Source of the DNA: a plasmid
Direction: 5' to 3' (one strand)
DNA: 64,000 bases
Sequence record: NZ_CP104760.1
In this document: piece by piece, positions 50,327-59,622 of the stretch
Numbering within the stretch: position 1 is the stretch's first letter
Layout of the letters: each line of letters opens with the position of its first letter
Program-made: the position numbers and the translations under genes
The notes under the pieces: model-generated
Told to the model about the DNA's origin: nothing
Databases searched by the model: none
The model's input: only the letters and a program-made list of their open reading frames with translations

Positions 50327-51097
50327 TTAAACGCTCCTTTTCCCTGAGATGCTTACCGGACCCAATGGATAAGGCTTGTTCGGGTTATCCATCACCTGCT
50401 GGTAGTCAGCGCGGGCACCGGGAAAACCGATCAGTTTCCATGAGGCGAGTGTCTGGTTACCACCATGCATCGGATCGGCGAGATAACCCTCCTGGGTATT
50501 CTCCAGTAACTGTTGGAAAAACAACTTCCCGGGAACGGCTTCAAAAATGAGTTTGCCCGCTTCGAGCTGACGCAGAATATCTTCCTGCTGTTCGTGGCTG
50601 AGGTCGGCGAAGACGTTTTGAAACTGCTGCTGGCAGTGTTCGTTAACGGCTTTAATACCGCGGCGATAGGTTTCGCGTGGCACAAGATTTGACTGATAGC
50701 CCAGTTCCGGCGCGGCGCTCGCGAAGGGAGCCTGCATATACCACAGCTGGCCATGCCCGTAAGGGAGCTCCATCTGTTTATCAATAAAAACCGGTACGCC
50801 TTCGCTGACAGCACCGGGACCATTACTGTCGCCGGGAATCAATCGATCGGTGGCCGCCAGAATGAAACGCCATTCTTCATTGTTGAAAAAAGTCGGCACG
50901 TAGTGATCTGAAACGCCAGCCGATTTTGTGTCGGTGTCTGCTGCGAGAACGCTAGCAGGCGCAATACTGCCGCCGACAACTGACAGAGGTATAAGTGACA
51001 GGGTTTTTTGCAGAAAGCTTCGCCGCGAGGCGCTATCCCCGTTAAGTTTTTTGCTCATTTTGCCTTCCAGTTGGTGTTTGCCAAATTGCCTGCTCAA
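50327..51097 (-). CDS. Gluconate 2-dehydrogenase subunit 3 family protein (gamma subunit, Tat signal; paralogue of 37674..38402)
   Basis: Tat motif SRRSFLQKTLSLIPLSVVGG and the conserved GYLADPMHGGNQTLASWKLIGFPGARADY block. Confidence 0.8.
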   Translation of the reverse strand: MSRQFGKHQLEGKMSKKLNGDSASRRSFLQKTLSLIPLSVVGGSIAPASVLAADTDTKSAGVSDHYVPTFFNNEEWRFILAATDRLIPGDSNGPGAVSEGVPVFIDKQMELPYGHGQLWYMQAPFASAAPELGYQSNLVPRETYRRGIKAVNEHCQQQFQNVFADLSHEQQEDILRQLEAGKLIFEAVPGKLFFQQLLENTQEGYLADPMHGGNQTLASWKLIGFPGARADYQQVMDNPNKPYPLGPVSISGKRSV

Positions 51098-51731
51098 CAG
51101 GTGCCAGTGGCACTATGTTAAGCACGCTAATAGTTCTTCTAGGAATTAATATGCTGCTAAAGTAATCTATTTTATTGAATGCAGAGATTAATAATTTGTT
51201 AAATTTTGTAAAGGTAATGTAAATTCACGGTTAAGCTTTAAAATCAGGTCCTTTGTTATCCTTATGATCGCTGGTGCCTGTCTGAACAATATTGATCCAG
51301 TTCATAAGTATCAGTACGTACTGATGGTTAATGCCGATGAGTTGGTCTGGAGAGACAGCGAACACGTCCGTCTGATGCGTGCAGGCTGTTTCAGGGGTGG
51401 GTAATGGCCAGCGGTGAGCGCGTCGTAGTCGTCTCCGGCGAAAAATCTGCAGAGCGTTATTAAGAGTGCGTGGATATCACCCAATATAAGTGTCGCCGGT
51501 AAGACAGCACGCTCTGGCAAATGGGTAAACAAAATTAATTATTACGCACGCAGCTGTAAGGTAACGCAGCGTGACATTCTGGAAGGGCTTTGATGCCTGT
51601 GGCGGTTTTAGGATAAAGGCCATGGTCTGGCTTAAAAGTACCTATACGACTGAATTTCGGACGCTTCCCTGGTCTCTTCTTTTATCCCCGATAGCAAAAG
51701 ATTTCATTCATGTGACGCTTTTTTGACAGCG

Positions 51732-51749
51732 CTGTCATAAATCTTTCAT
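51732..51749 (+). promoter_or_regulatory. Pho-box-like sequence CTGTCAT-AAAT-CTTTCAT upstream of the pit-ppk2 pair
   Basis: Two 7-bp direct repeats separated by a 4-bp AT spacer. They match the PhoB box consensus CTGTCAT-A(A/T)A(T/A)-CTGT(C/A)A(C/T) at 16/18 positions. An AT-rich -10-like TATATG follows about 8-10 bp downstream, and the site is about 75 bp upstream of the PiT start. Confidence 0.4.
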
Positions 51750-51823
51750 AAAGTCTTTATATGTTAGTCACACTAATCGTTGTGCTTTAAGCTGCTTTCG
51801 CGATCTACAGGATATCTTTTCTG

Positions 51824-53443
51824 ATGAGTGATTACGTAACACCCCAGCCATTGAATGGCGCCGCAACGCCCTTTTCGCCAGATGAACCCCACACAAAAAA
51901 ACAGAGTAACAAACCGCGGTTGCTGTTTATCGTGTCGCTCATTTTCGGCGTGCTCTTTACGGGTACCCATCTCGCTGGCGATATTCAGCAGTCCGGTCTG
52001 AGCTTTAGCGGTTCGCTGCCGCTGATCCTGTTAGCAATTGCTTTGCTGGCGGCGCTTGGTTTTGAATTTGTAAACGGTTTTCACGATACGGCGAATGCCG
52101 TGGCAACGGTCATCTATACCCGCTCGCTGTCGCCCACAACGGCCGTAGTCTTGTCCGGGGTGTTCAACTTTCTTGGCGTGCTCTTCTCTTCAGGCGCAGT
52201 CGCCTTTGGCATTATTTCCCTGCTGCCGGTAGAGCTTATTCTGCAGGCAGGAAGCAGCGAAAGCTTTGCCATGATCTACGCCCTGCTCTTCGCCGCCATT
52301 ATCTGGAACCTGGCGACCTGGTGGCTGGGGCTGCCCGCCTCCTCTTCGCATACGCTTATCGGGGCTATTATCGGCGTCGGCGTGGCCAATGCGATGATGC
52401 ATGGCCGTAGCGCGCTGAGCGGCGTGAACTGGGGACAGGCGATGAATATCGGTAAGGCGCTGCTCCTCTCGCCGGTAGTGGGCTTCGCCTGCGCCGCGCT
52501 GCTGCTGGTGATCATGAAGCAGTTGATCAAAAAACCGGCACTTTACCAGGCGCCGAAAAACCACGGCGCGCCGCCGTTATGGATCCGCAGCCTGATGGTG
52601 CTCTCCTGTACCGGCGTCTCTTTCGCGCATGGCTCTAACGATGGACAGAAAGGCATGGGTCTGATTATGCTGATTCTGGTCGCCGCGCTGCCGGTAACTT
52701 ATTCCCTGAATCGCGCCGAACCGCAGTCGAGCGTGCCGCATATCATTACCCTGGCGCAGAGCAGCCAGCAGCAACTACAGCAGCTGTCGCCGCTGGCACC
52801 AGCCGGTCAGCCGCACGCTGTGCTGACTGCTTATCTGCGCACCGGCGAGCGCAACGTTAACGTCCTGCCGGCGCTGGCGCAGGTAGCAGGCAATATCGGC
52901 GCGACGCTTAATCATTCTGGATCGATGGCGAACCTGCCTGCCGGGCAGGTTCCCGCGCTGCGTAATGAGATGTATCTGGCGGCAGAAACCATTAAACATC
53001 TGCAGGCCGACGCTACCCTGGCCTTGCCCGCTGCGACCCGGCAAAACCTGCAGTCGCTGCGCAGCGCGCTGGATGCCGCGACACAATTTATTCCCGCATG
53101 GGTCAAGATTGCCGTCGCTCTGGCGCTGGGTCTGGGCACCATGGTCGGCTGGCGTCGCATCGTCGCCACGCTGGGGGAAAAGATCGGCAAGCATCCGCTT
53201 AATTATGCGCAGGGCGTCAGCGCGCAGCTGGTGGCGATGGGCACCATTGGCGCGGCAGATGCGTTCGGCATGCCGGTTTCAACCACCCATGTGCTCTCAT
53301 CGGGCATTGCCGGGACCATGGCGGCCAACCGCAGCGGCTTACAGCTGAGCACCCTGCGCAATATGGCGCTGGCCTGGGTGCTGACGCTGCCTGCGGCTGC
53401 CCTGCTCTCCGCCGTCCTCTACTGGCTTTTGATTTCACTGTAA
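51824..53443 (+). CDS. pit: Inorganic phosphate transporter, PiT family (long form, 539 aa)
   Basis: PiT signatures GFHDTANAVATVIYTRSL and GSNDGQKGMGLIM are duplicated in the two halves. Confidence 0.85.
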   Translation: MSDYVTPQPLNGAATPFSPDEPHTKKQSNKPRLLFIVSLIFGVLFTGTHLAGDIQQSGLSFSGSLPLILLAIALLAALGFEFVNGFHDTANAVATVIYTRSLSPTTAVVLSGVFNFLGVLFSSGAVAFGIISLLPVELILQAGSSESFAMIYALLFAAIIWNLATWWLGLPASSSHTLIGAIIGVGVANAMMHGRSALSGVNWGQAMNIGKALLLSPVVGFACAALLLVIMKQLIKKPALYQAPKNHGAPPLWIRSLMVLSCTGVSFAHGSNDGQKGMGLIMLILVAALPVTYSLNRAEPQSSVPHIITLAQSSQQQLQQLSPLAPAGQPHAVLTAYLRTGERNVNVLPALAQVAGNIGATLNHSGSMANLPAGQVPALRNEMYLAAETIKHLQADATLALPAATRQNLQSLRSALDAATQFIPAWVKIAVALALGLGTMVGWRRIVATLGEKIGKHPLNYAQGVSAQLVAMGTIGAADAFGMPVSTTHVLSSGIAGTMAANRSGLQLSTLRNMALAWVLTLPAAALLSAVLYWLLISL

Positions 53444-53469
53444 TTTTTGCGCGACAGGGATAATAAACG

Positions 53470-54378
53470 ATGGCTACTCATCAAATTGATTACAACGACA
53501 TGTTTGACGCGCGTCTTTTGCAGGAATTTTATGACAGCTATGACGAGTCATTTGAGCTGGAACTGGAAGATATCGCGGCGGCTAACAGCGATGATGCGGA
53601 ACAGAAAGCCTGGCGGCGTCGCTACTTTTCCGAACTGCTGCATTTGCAGGGCGAGCTGGTTAAGCTGCAAAACTGGGTAGTGCGCACCGGCCACCGCTTA
53701 GTGGTGATTTTCGAGGGGCGCGACGCCGCTGGCAAAGGCGGTGTAATCAAACGCATCATGCAGCGACTCAACCCACGCTATTGCCGGGTGGCCGCGCTGC
53801 CTGCGCCAAACGAGCGCGAACGCACGCAGTGGTATTTCCAGCGCTACGTTGCGCATCTGCCTGCGGCCGGAGAGATCGTCTTGTTCGACCGTAGCTGGTA
53901 CAACCGTGCCGGCGTGGAAAAGGTAATGGGCTTCTGCAGCGATGAGGAGTACCAGGAATTCTTCCGCAGCGCGCCGGAGTTTGAGCGCCAGCTGGTGCGC
54001 AGCGGCATTCAAATTGTTAAATACTGGATTTCCATTACCGATGAAGAGCAGGAGACCCGCTTCCTCAGCCGTATTCACGATCCGCTGAAGCAGTGGAAAC
54101 TCAGTCCGATGGATCTTGAGAGCCGTCGCCGCTGGGAGGATTACACTGTCGCGAAGGAGGTTATGCTGGAGCGCACCAACATTGAGGAAGCGCGCTGGTG
54201 GGTGGTGCAAGGGGTAGACAAGCGCAAAGCGCGACTTAACTGTATTGCGCATTTGCTGAAGCAGGTGCCGTATGAAGCGGAAGAGAGTGACAGGATCACG
54301 CTGCCCTCCCGTATTCATCGTGCAGATTATGCCCGCCATCCGGTACCGGAAAATATGATTGTCCCGGATCGTTACTGA
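53470..54378 (+). CDS. ppk2: Polyphosphate kinase 2 (PPK2; polyphosphate:NDP/NMP phosphotransferase)
   Basis: 302 aa with Walker A FEGRDAAGKGG, the PPK2 lid/Walker B region (LFDRSWYNRAGVE) and a typical single-domain PPK2 length. Confidence 0.85.
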   Translation: MATHQIDYNDMFDARLLQEFYDSYDESFELELEDIAAANSDDAEQKAWRRRYFSELLHLQGELVKLQNWVVRTGHRLVVIFEGRDAAGKGGVIKRIMQRLNPRYCRVAALPAPNERERTQWYFQRYVAHLPAAGEIVLFDRSWYNRAGVEKVMGFCSDEEYQEFFRSAPEFERQLVRSGIQIVKYWISITDEEQETRFLSRIHDPLKQWKLSPMDLESRRRWEDYTVAKEVMLERTNIEEARWWVVQGVDKRKARLNCIAHLLKQVPYEAEESDRITLPSRIHRADYARHPVPENMIVPDRY

Positions 54379-54499
54379 TAGTCATCGTTCCGCCTGCTGC
54401 GGTCAGCGCAAACTGGCCGCGGCAGGGCTTCTTTCTAATCCGCTTTTAAAAGTTGCGCGCTAAGCTGTTATCGTGTGCTTACGAATTTCAGCTTTTCAA

Positions 54500-54970
54500 G
54501 GTGTCTTTTGCTTTAGGTAAGCATTTATTCTGCACTGCGTAATGTTAACAGTGGCGTGTCCTATTGCTTCCCGGACTGATATCAGGTTTTCCCCGTTATC
54601 CAGCATCATTGAAGCAAAAGCGCGATGTATATCATGGCTTCGGTGTCAGCCCTGCGCTGTTCGTGGATGTTATATACCGCCTGTGGGGCATATGTTGAGA
54701 AGTCATATCGTCACCGGGGCGCTTACTTTTGAAGTACAGCCACCCTCTCGCTCTGAATGTTATCCGTCCAAATATCAATATATCGCCAGATGTTTTCTGG
54801 CATAAATACCATGAGTTCCTTGTTGCCCTCATCCTCCCGAATAATATATGCTCCTGAGAAAAGATGCCGTCTAGTCCAGCCCAACCTTCTGAACGGTGTA
54901 GACAGCCGGCGAGCATGACTGCCAGCATAGCGGCATCGCAAGGTCTTTTTAGCTAGCGTCCCATTCACAG
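54500..54970 (-). pseudogene. Tyrosine-recombinase (phage-type integrase) remnant, frameshifted; marks the left boundary of a lower-GC island
   Basis: The minus-strand translation gives the C-terminal catalytic block ...NSAGLTP | HDIHRAFASMMLDNGENLISVREAIGHATVNITQ.RINAYL (compare the integrase consensus LTPHDLRHTFAS...G.....V...LGHS......RYAHL). It is split between two frames (the 98-aa and 81-aa ORFs at 54632..54968) and has no intact N-terminal domain. GC content drops to the right of this point. Confidence 0.5.
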
Positions 54971-55801
54971 CTACGGAAAAGAGCTCGGTGCTAGCGCGTG
55001 GCCGCGGAGCAGTTGACTAACCTACATCGCATGCATTGCCAGAGCCTGCTGATAACTTCTCATATCCATTTGCTTTATCATCCGCGTCTCGCAGGTAGTG
55101 CCTTTAAGAACATACAGATAGATTTTGACAGTGACTGGTGCCCTACCGCTGTCTGAAAGCAGCTTCAACATGCCCCGGATATAGTGTCGCCGTAGTCAAC
55201 CTCTGGCGCTGCTCTTCAGAAAAAAACCGGGCATATACGGCACGATATTAAGAAAGGATTCATCGTTTGACGGCTTGCGGTGCAGGACAGCCCTTCTAAG
55301 TCAGGATTCATCAATGGGCTGCTGTTTATAATCTTAAGGGCAGACACGTTTTGTGCTTATGCTGGTGACAGTGTTAGCTTGAACGAAAGGAATCTAGTCG
55401 GTCGTTTTTCCCCAAAGAGATTATGGCGTGGGGCCTGTGTGATAAGCAGAATCTGACAGGATACCTCCTGCCAGGCCGCATCTGGTAAAGGTACTTTTTC
55501 AAAGAGACATTTTAATAAGTAGGAGTAATCTAGGCTAAGCCTGCTAACAGTTGCACAGAATGTCGTCCAAGAAATCTGGCTGACATATAGTCAGTGACGT
55601 TGATGAGCAAAAAATGTAAAATTTTTCAGAGCAATTTCATGCTTCAAAGCTTTATAAATGGCATGATAAATGCTTGCAGCAAGTCGTATATTAGATAAGC
55701 TGGATAATTTCCTTTGTCCATACCTAACTAAACATCGATTTGGCCAGAATGATATATATCCCGCATATAAAGATAGTAAGGCAATTTTGTGAAAATCAGT
55801 G

Positions 55802-55831
55802 TTGACACAAATTATATGATAAGAGATTATT
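55802..55831 (+). promoter_or_regulatory. Candidate sigma70 promoter of the unknown cassette (TTGACA, 17-bp spacer, GATTAT)
   Basis: TTGACA at 55802..55807 and GATTAT at 55825..55830 in an AT-rich leader, about 30 bp upstream of the 55861 start. Sequence inspection only. Confidence 0.3.
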
Positions 55832-55860
55832 TAAATGGTGATTTATAGGGCGCCTTCTTT

Positions 55861-56223
55861 ATGAGTGAAACTATTCAGATATTACAGATATTTCTTAGTT
55901 GGCCTGCTGTATTTATAATATGTATGATTATAATGTTTAATCCGATCCGTTTGCTTTTGAAGCGTTTGGCTGAAAGCAATACAGCTAAAGCCAAACTCGG
56001 GTTTGTTGAAATTGAAATAGGTGAATTGGCCAAGAAAGGTAAGGCAGCAGTAGATAGCATCAACGAGCTTAATTTGATTATGGCAAAAACACGTTTGCTT
56101 GAACTGGAAGTTACAAAAGCAAATTTTTCCATGAGTTTTACGGGCGAAGAACAACTGAAATTAAATGGTTTAATCCTTGATCTCAAGAAAAATATTGATC
56201 ATTTAGAAAGGGAAATAATATGA
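55861..56223 (+). CDS. Hypothetical small protein with an N-terminal TM helix and a coiled-coil C-terminus (120 aa)
   Basis: AT-rich (roughly 35% GC) ORF. Hydrophobic segment WPAVFIICMIIMF followed by heptad-like charged repeats. Its stop overlaps the next ORF's start (ATGA), indicating translational coupling. Confidence 0.5.
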   Translation: MSETIQILQIFLSWPAVFIICMIIMFNPIRLLLKRLAESNTAKAKLGFVEIEIGELAKKGKAAVDSINELNLIMAKTRLLELEVTKANFSMSFTGEEQLKLNGLILDLKKNIDHLEREII

Positions 56224-57431
56224 AGGTTTACCTTCTCAAGAATAAAATTATAATATCTTTTACGCCTTTTTTAGATGTTGCGATAAAAATATATGTTGAA
56301 GAAGGTATGGTTTTTTCAGATATTTATCATGGTAGAGTTGTTCACTCTCGCGAGACAGATTGTGGGATACCTCTCTTTAATGTAGATGTGATGGGAAGAA
56401 ATGCTGTAAACCATTTGATATACCTTCTTGGACGTCAGCCTGACGATGAGCTGATATATCAACTGCGATACGTTGACGCACAGGTTGAACTTTTTAATTC
56501 TTTGGCAGCGAGCCGGGCATTGACAGAGTTATATAGTGATTGCCCTAATTTGGCCTGGATAATAGTAATGAAAAATTACTATTCTGTAGGGTCCCATGTA
56601 TATGAGTACCTTTCTAGAATGAAGAGGCGAAACTTATTATTCTTCTTGAATGATATCGAGCCTTCAGAGCGCCGTGTCAGGGTTCTTAAAAAGACCACTT
56701 TACTTTCCGGACGCAGAGAAGAACTCAGATGGTTGATTCACTGTATGCGTAATGATGACATCCTTGATGCATATAAGCATCATCACTCAATGACATTACA
56801 AGAGCTTTATCTTTCTTTACGATATAGGATTCTTGCGGGATCAACGCTTTTAAAATCAATTTCTAGCCAAAGAAAGCCATTCCTAAGGGATTATAAAGCT
56901 GGAATGTGCTCGCTTCAGCATATTGTGAAGGACAGTATTAGAGTTGGAGAAAATATAGGCATAAAAAAAGCGTCTAATATAGTATTGGAATGCAGGAGCA
57001 AAGAAGACGTTAGATCTTTACATGATGAATGGTCTAAGAGGCTACTGGAAACTACTCGGTTTTTGAAACAGGATATTTATTTTGAAGAGCCTAGCCTTAC
57101 TCCTGAAGAAGGCATAACCTTCATAAATTCTGTTAATGCTTTGATAGCTGAAGGTAGAGATATGAAACATTGCGTGGCCTCTTACAAGGCGAGAGTAATG
57201 GCTGGAGAATCCTATATATATTCTGTCATAACCCCTTGGGGAGTAAGAGCCACTGTAGAGCTTGGATTATTAAAAGGGGTATATGTTCCTCTTCAGATAA
57301 AGGGAAAAGAAAATCGTAATTTAGATAATTTTTCTTTAAACTATATTCGGACTTGGCTCGATAATGAAAATAAAAAGTTGAAAGCTTCTCTTATTTATTA
57401 TTCACAATTCCATACGGAGAAAAGCGCATAG
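56220..57431 (+). CDS. Hypothetical 403-aa soluble protein with a C-terminal PcfJ-like motif region
   Basis: AT-rich and without TM segments. The C-terminal block ALIAEGRDMKHCVASYKARVMAGESYIYSVITPWGVRATVELGL resembles, from memory, the conserved EG..M.HCV..Y core of the PcfJ-like family (PF14284). This domain call is tentative. Confidence 0.5.
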   Translation: MKVYLLKNKIIISFTPFLDVAIKIYVEEGMVFSDIYHGRVVHSRETDCGIPLFNVDVMGRNAVNHLIYLLGRQPDDELIYQLRYVDAQVELFNSLAASRALTELYSDCPNLAWIIVMKNYYSVGSHVYEYLSRMKRRNLLFFLNDIEPSERRVRVLKKTTLLSGRREELRWLIHCMRNDDILDAYKHHHSMTLQELYLSLRYRILAGSTLLKSISSQRKPFLRDYKAGMCSLQHIVKDSIRVGENIGIKKASNIVLECRSKEDVRSLHDEWSKRLLETTRFLKQDIYFEEPSLTPEEGITFINSVNALIAEGRDMKHCVASYKARVMAGESYIYSVITPWGVRATVELGLLKGVYVPLQIKGKENRNLDNFSLNYIRTWLDNENKKLKASLIYYSQFHTEKSA

Positions 57432-57559
57432 ACGCGTGGCAGCTGCTGCTCAGCGCGGGGCGCAACGACTGGCTTATTTCGGCCGTGACCTCAGAGTTGA
57501 CTGACTCCGCCAATGGTTTACTCTGCGTACCTTCATACGGATAGGCAGAGGAGAGGATC

Positions 57560-58564
57560 ATGGACGAGCTGAAGAAAAAGTTTGAGGTGGCGGAGAAGGG
57601 GATCTCCGTTCTGACAAAAGCCTCCTTAGGATTAGGGAGCGCGATTTTCCTGATTTACTGCATGATGAACGGCGGTTTTCCCGACGGGCTCTCACTGTCG
57701 GACAGCCTTCGCATACTTTATATTTTCACAGTGTTTTCTGCAGGTACGCTCGTCTTTTATTTCTTTCTGATGTGTCTAGGTCTGTCCATCTGCCACCTGG
57801 TTTTTCGGCTGACAGGTTACTCTTTGATAGAACAGATCCTACTCAGGATGTCAGACACAGGCTACACTTCAGGGCAGCGCATGAGGGCGTTGCGCAAAGG
57901 TCCCTCTGAGTTTTACCGGACCCAGAAAAGAGAACGTCAATTTATTCATCACGTGGTTTTCCCGCCCATTGCCACTATTTTTCACAGTATTTCGGTATTT
58001 ACCGTTATTTTAATTATTACTCAGGTTCATCATGACCAGCTGCTGTGGTACTTCCGCCTTGTCATATCGGCTGTAGGGCTGGCAGTGTGGTTTGTCATAC
58101 TGGACTTCAACCGGCAGCGTCGGGGGCAGCTTAAGTTTGTTCTGCCCGGAGAACATGCAGTGGAGAGGGCAGAGAAGGATATCAGAACAGGTAATATGAT
58201 CCTTTCAATTGCTATACCGCTTGTCGTGACAATGCTTCTTGGACTCTTTGGTGATTCCGCTGAACGAACCATGAAAGTTCTTGGATTTCGTCACGACAGC
58301 GCGATCGTGTACGTCAAAAAGGAATGGAGTTCTGTGCTCACACGTCACGGAGTCAAAGGCAGCGAGGCTGAACTGCCACCTTATGCGTCCAGGTATGATA
58401 ACGTCACGGTAGCCCTGTCCTCGTTTGGTACCTCAGTCACGCTGCAGTTTCATAGCGATAAAGCTCCGCACACCCAGACGCTTCGCGTGCCCGCCTCTGA
58501 GGTGCTGATCGATCCTCTCCACGGTTCTCCCGATGGTTCTGTAACGGCGTCTTCTGTCGACTGA
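57560..58564 (+). CDS. Hypothetical inner-membrane protein (about 5 TM helices plus a soluble C-terminal tail of about 100 aa)
   Basis: 334 aa with a good RBS (GAGGAGAGG). GC content is about 50%, higher than the two genes before it. Hydrophobic segments occur around residues 27-47, 57-80, 125-147, 157-180 and 205-228. Confidence 0.5.
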   Translation: MDELKKKFEVAEKGISVLTKASLGLGSAIFLIYCMMNGGFPDGLSLSDSLRILYIFTVFSAGTLVFYFFLMCLGLSICHLVFRLTGYSLIEQILLRMSDTGYTSGQRMRALRKGPSEFYRTQKRERQFIHHVVFPPIATIFHSISVFTVILIITQVHHDQLLWYFRLVISAVGLAVWFVILDFNRQRRGQLKFVLPGEHAVERAEKDIRTGNMILSIAIPLVVTMLLGLFGDSAERTMKVLGFRHDSAIVYVKKEWSSVLTRHGVKGSEAELPPYASRYDNVTVALSSFGTSVTLQFHSDKAPHTQTLRVPASEVLIDPLHGSPDGSVTASSVD

Positions 58565-58740
58565 ACGAGGAACCACATCGGCGGCTATGCCTGCTGGCTG
58601 CGATGATAGAGTTCAGCAATCTAGTGAGAATGTTTTCATTACATTGGATTCAGCAAGGGACAGTCACGAAAGATTAATAACAGATCTGGCTGACGCCGCC
58701 CTTGCTGTCTCTTGCCAAACATTAAGCTGGGGGGATAGAC

Positions 58741-59622
58741 TTAAGCCCTTAGCTTTAGTGCGCGTAGCCAGAGGTCTACCTGGCCATATGCATCCTGTTG
58801 CCACTGTTCGGGCGTGCGTTCTCCAAGAAGGTCAGTCTCTTCAATGAATCTTCTGACACAGGTAGGCCCATAACCGTCCACATCATCGAATTTTTGTGCA
58901 ATATAGCTGTACCCAATGGCCCCGCTTTTTTCAGCAAGCACCGGGATACATGCTTCAGCGAGTGCTTCTGGCCCATCTACATAATTACGGACACAATAAT
59001 AAATATCGTAAGAATCTTTCTGCTTATGACGACCATTAATAGCATAACCTTTCATGGCCAGGAGCGCAGGAATCGAACATACTGCTATTTCTACGGTATT
59101 TCTTCCACCCTGCGGCATGTTTCCGCTTAGTGCCACCATCTCATAAAATTTGAGCGCAAGATCAGCGCCATCTGCGCGTTGCACCGCAAAATTGCTGAGC
59201 AGTGGAGGAGAGTTTTTAACAAGTTCTGCATCCCTTGGGCGAAGGAAATCTATGATAATGTCAATAGCCGGGCCTTGCGCAGTTTCTGCTATGGTGCGTA
59301 CAAGCTGAAATGCTCTGGTAAATCCCTCGCGTTGCTCATATCCGCATCCCTGAAGGCTTTCCACCAGAGTCGCGTATTCACCATCACCCAGCGCTGTTGA
59401 ATCTAGATCTAAATCGATATCGAGAGTCCCAACATGTGGCATGTCGTCATTGTTAAGAAGTAACCAAGGTACCTCACCCCCAATAACTGTGTATTTCCCT
59501 TTATAGCTACCCAGAATCTGCCCAATCTCAATCAAAACAGATTTAACGGCAGCTGTCGTTCTGTCTTCATAGTCAGCCGCCGACTGCGGCTCTCTTATTG
59601 TCATTTTTACCAATTCATCCAT
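58741..59622 (-). CDS. Nucleotidyltransferase, AbiEii/AbiGii-like toxin (type IV TA / abortive infection)
   Basis: 293 aa. The NTase motif VIGGEVPWLLL...HVGTLDIDLDLD fits the AbiEii pattern hGG.....x(n)....S.DIDh. Its start overlaps the stop of the upstream gene by 16 nt, as in abiEi-abiEii operons. Confidence 0.6.
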   Translation of the reverse strand: MDELVKMTIREPQSAADYEDRTTAAVKSVLIEIGQILGSYKGKYTVIGGEVPWLLLNNDDMPHVGTLDIDLDLDSTALGDGEYATLVESLQGCGYEQREGFTRAFQLVRTIAETAQGPAIDIIIDFLRPRDAELVKNSPPLLSNFAVQRADGADLALKFYEMVALSGNMPQGGRNTVEIAVCSIPALLAMKGYAINGRHKQKDSYDIYYCVRNYVDGPEALAEACIPVLAEKSGAIGYSYIAQKFDDVDGYGPTCVRRFIEETDLLGERTPEQWQQDAYGQVDLWLRALKLRA

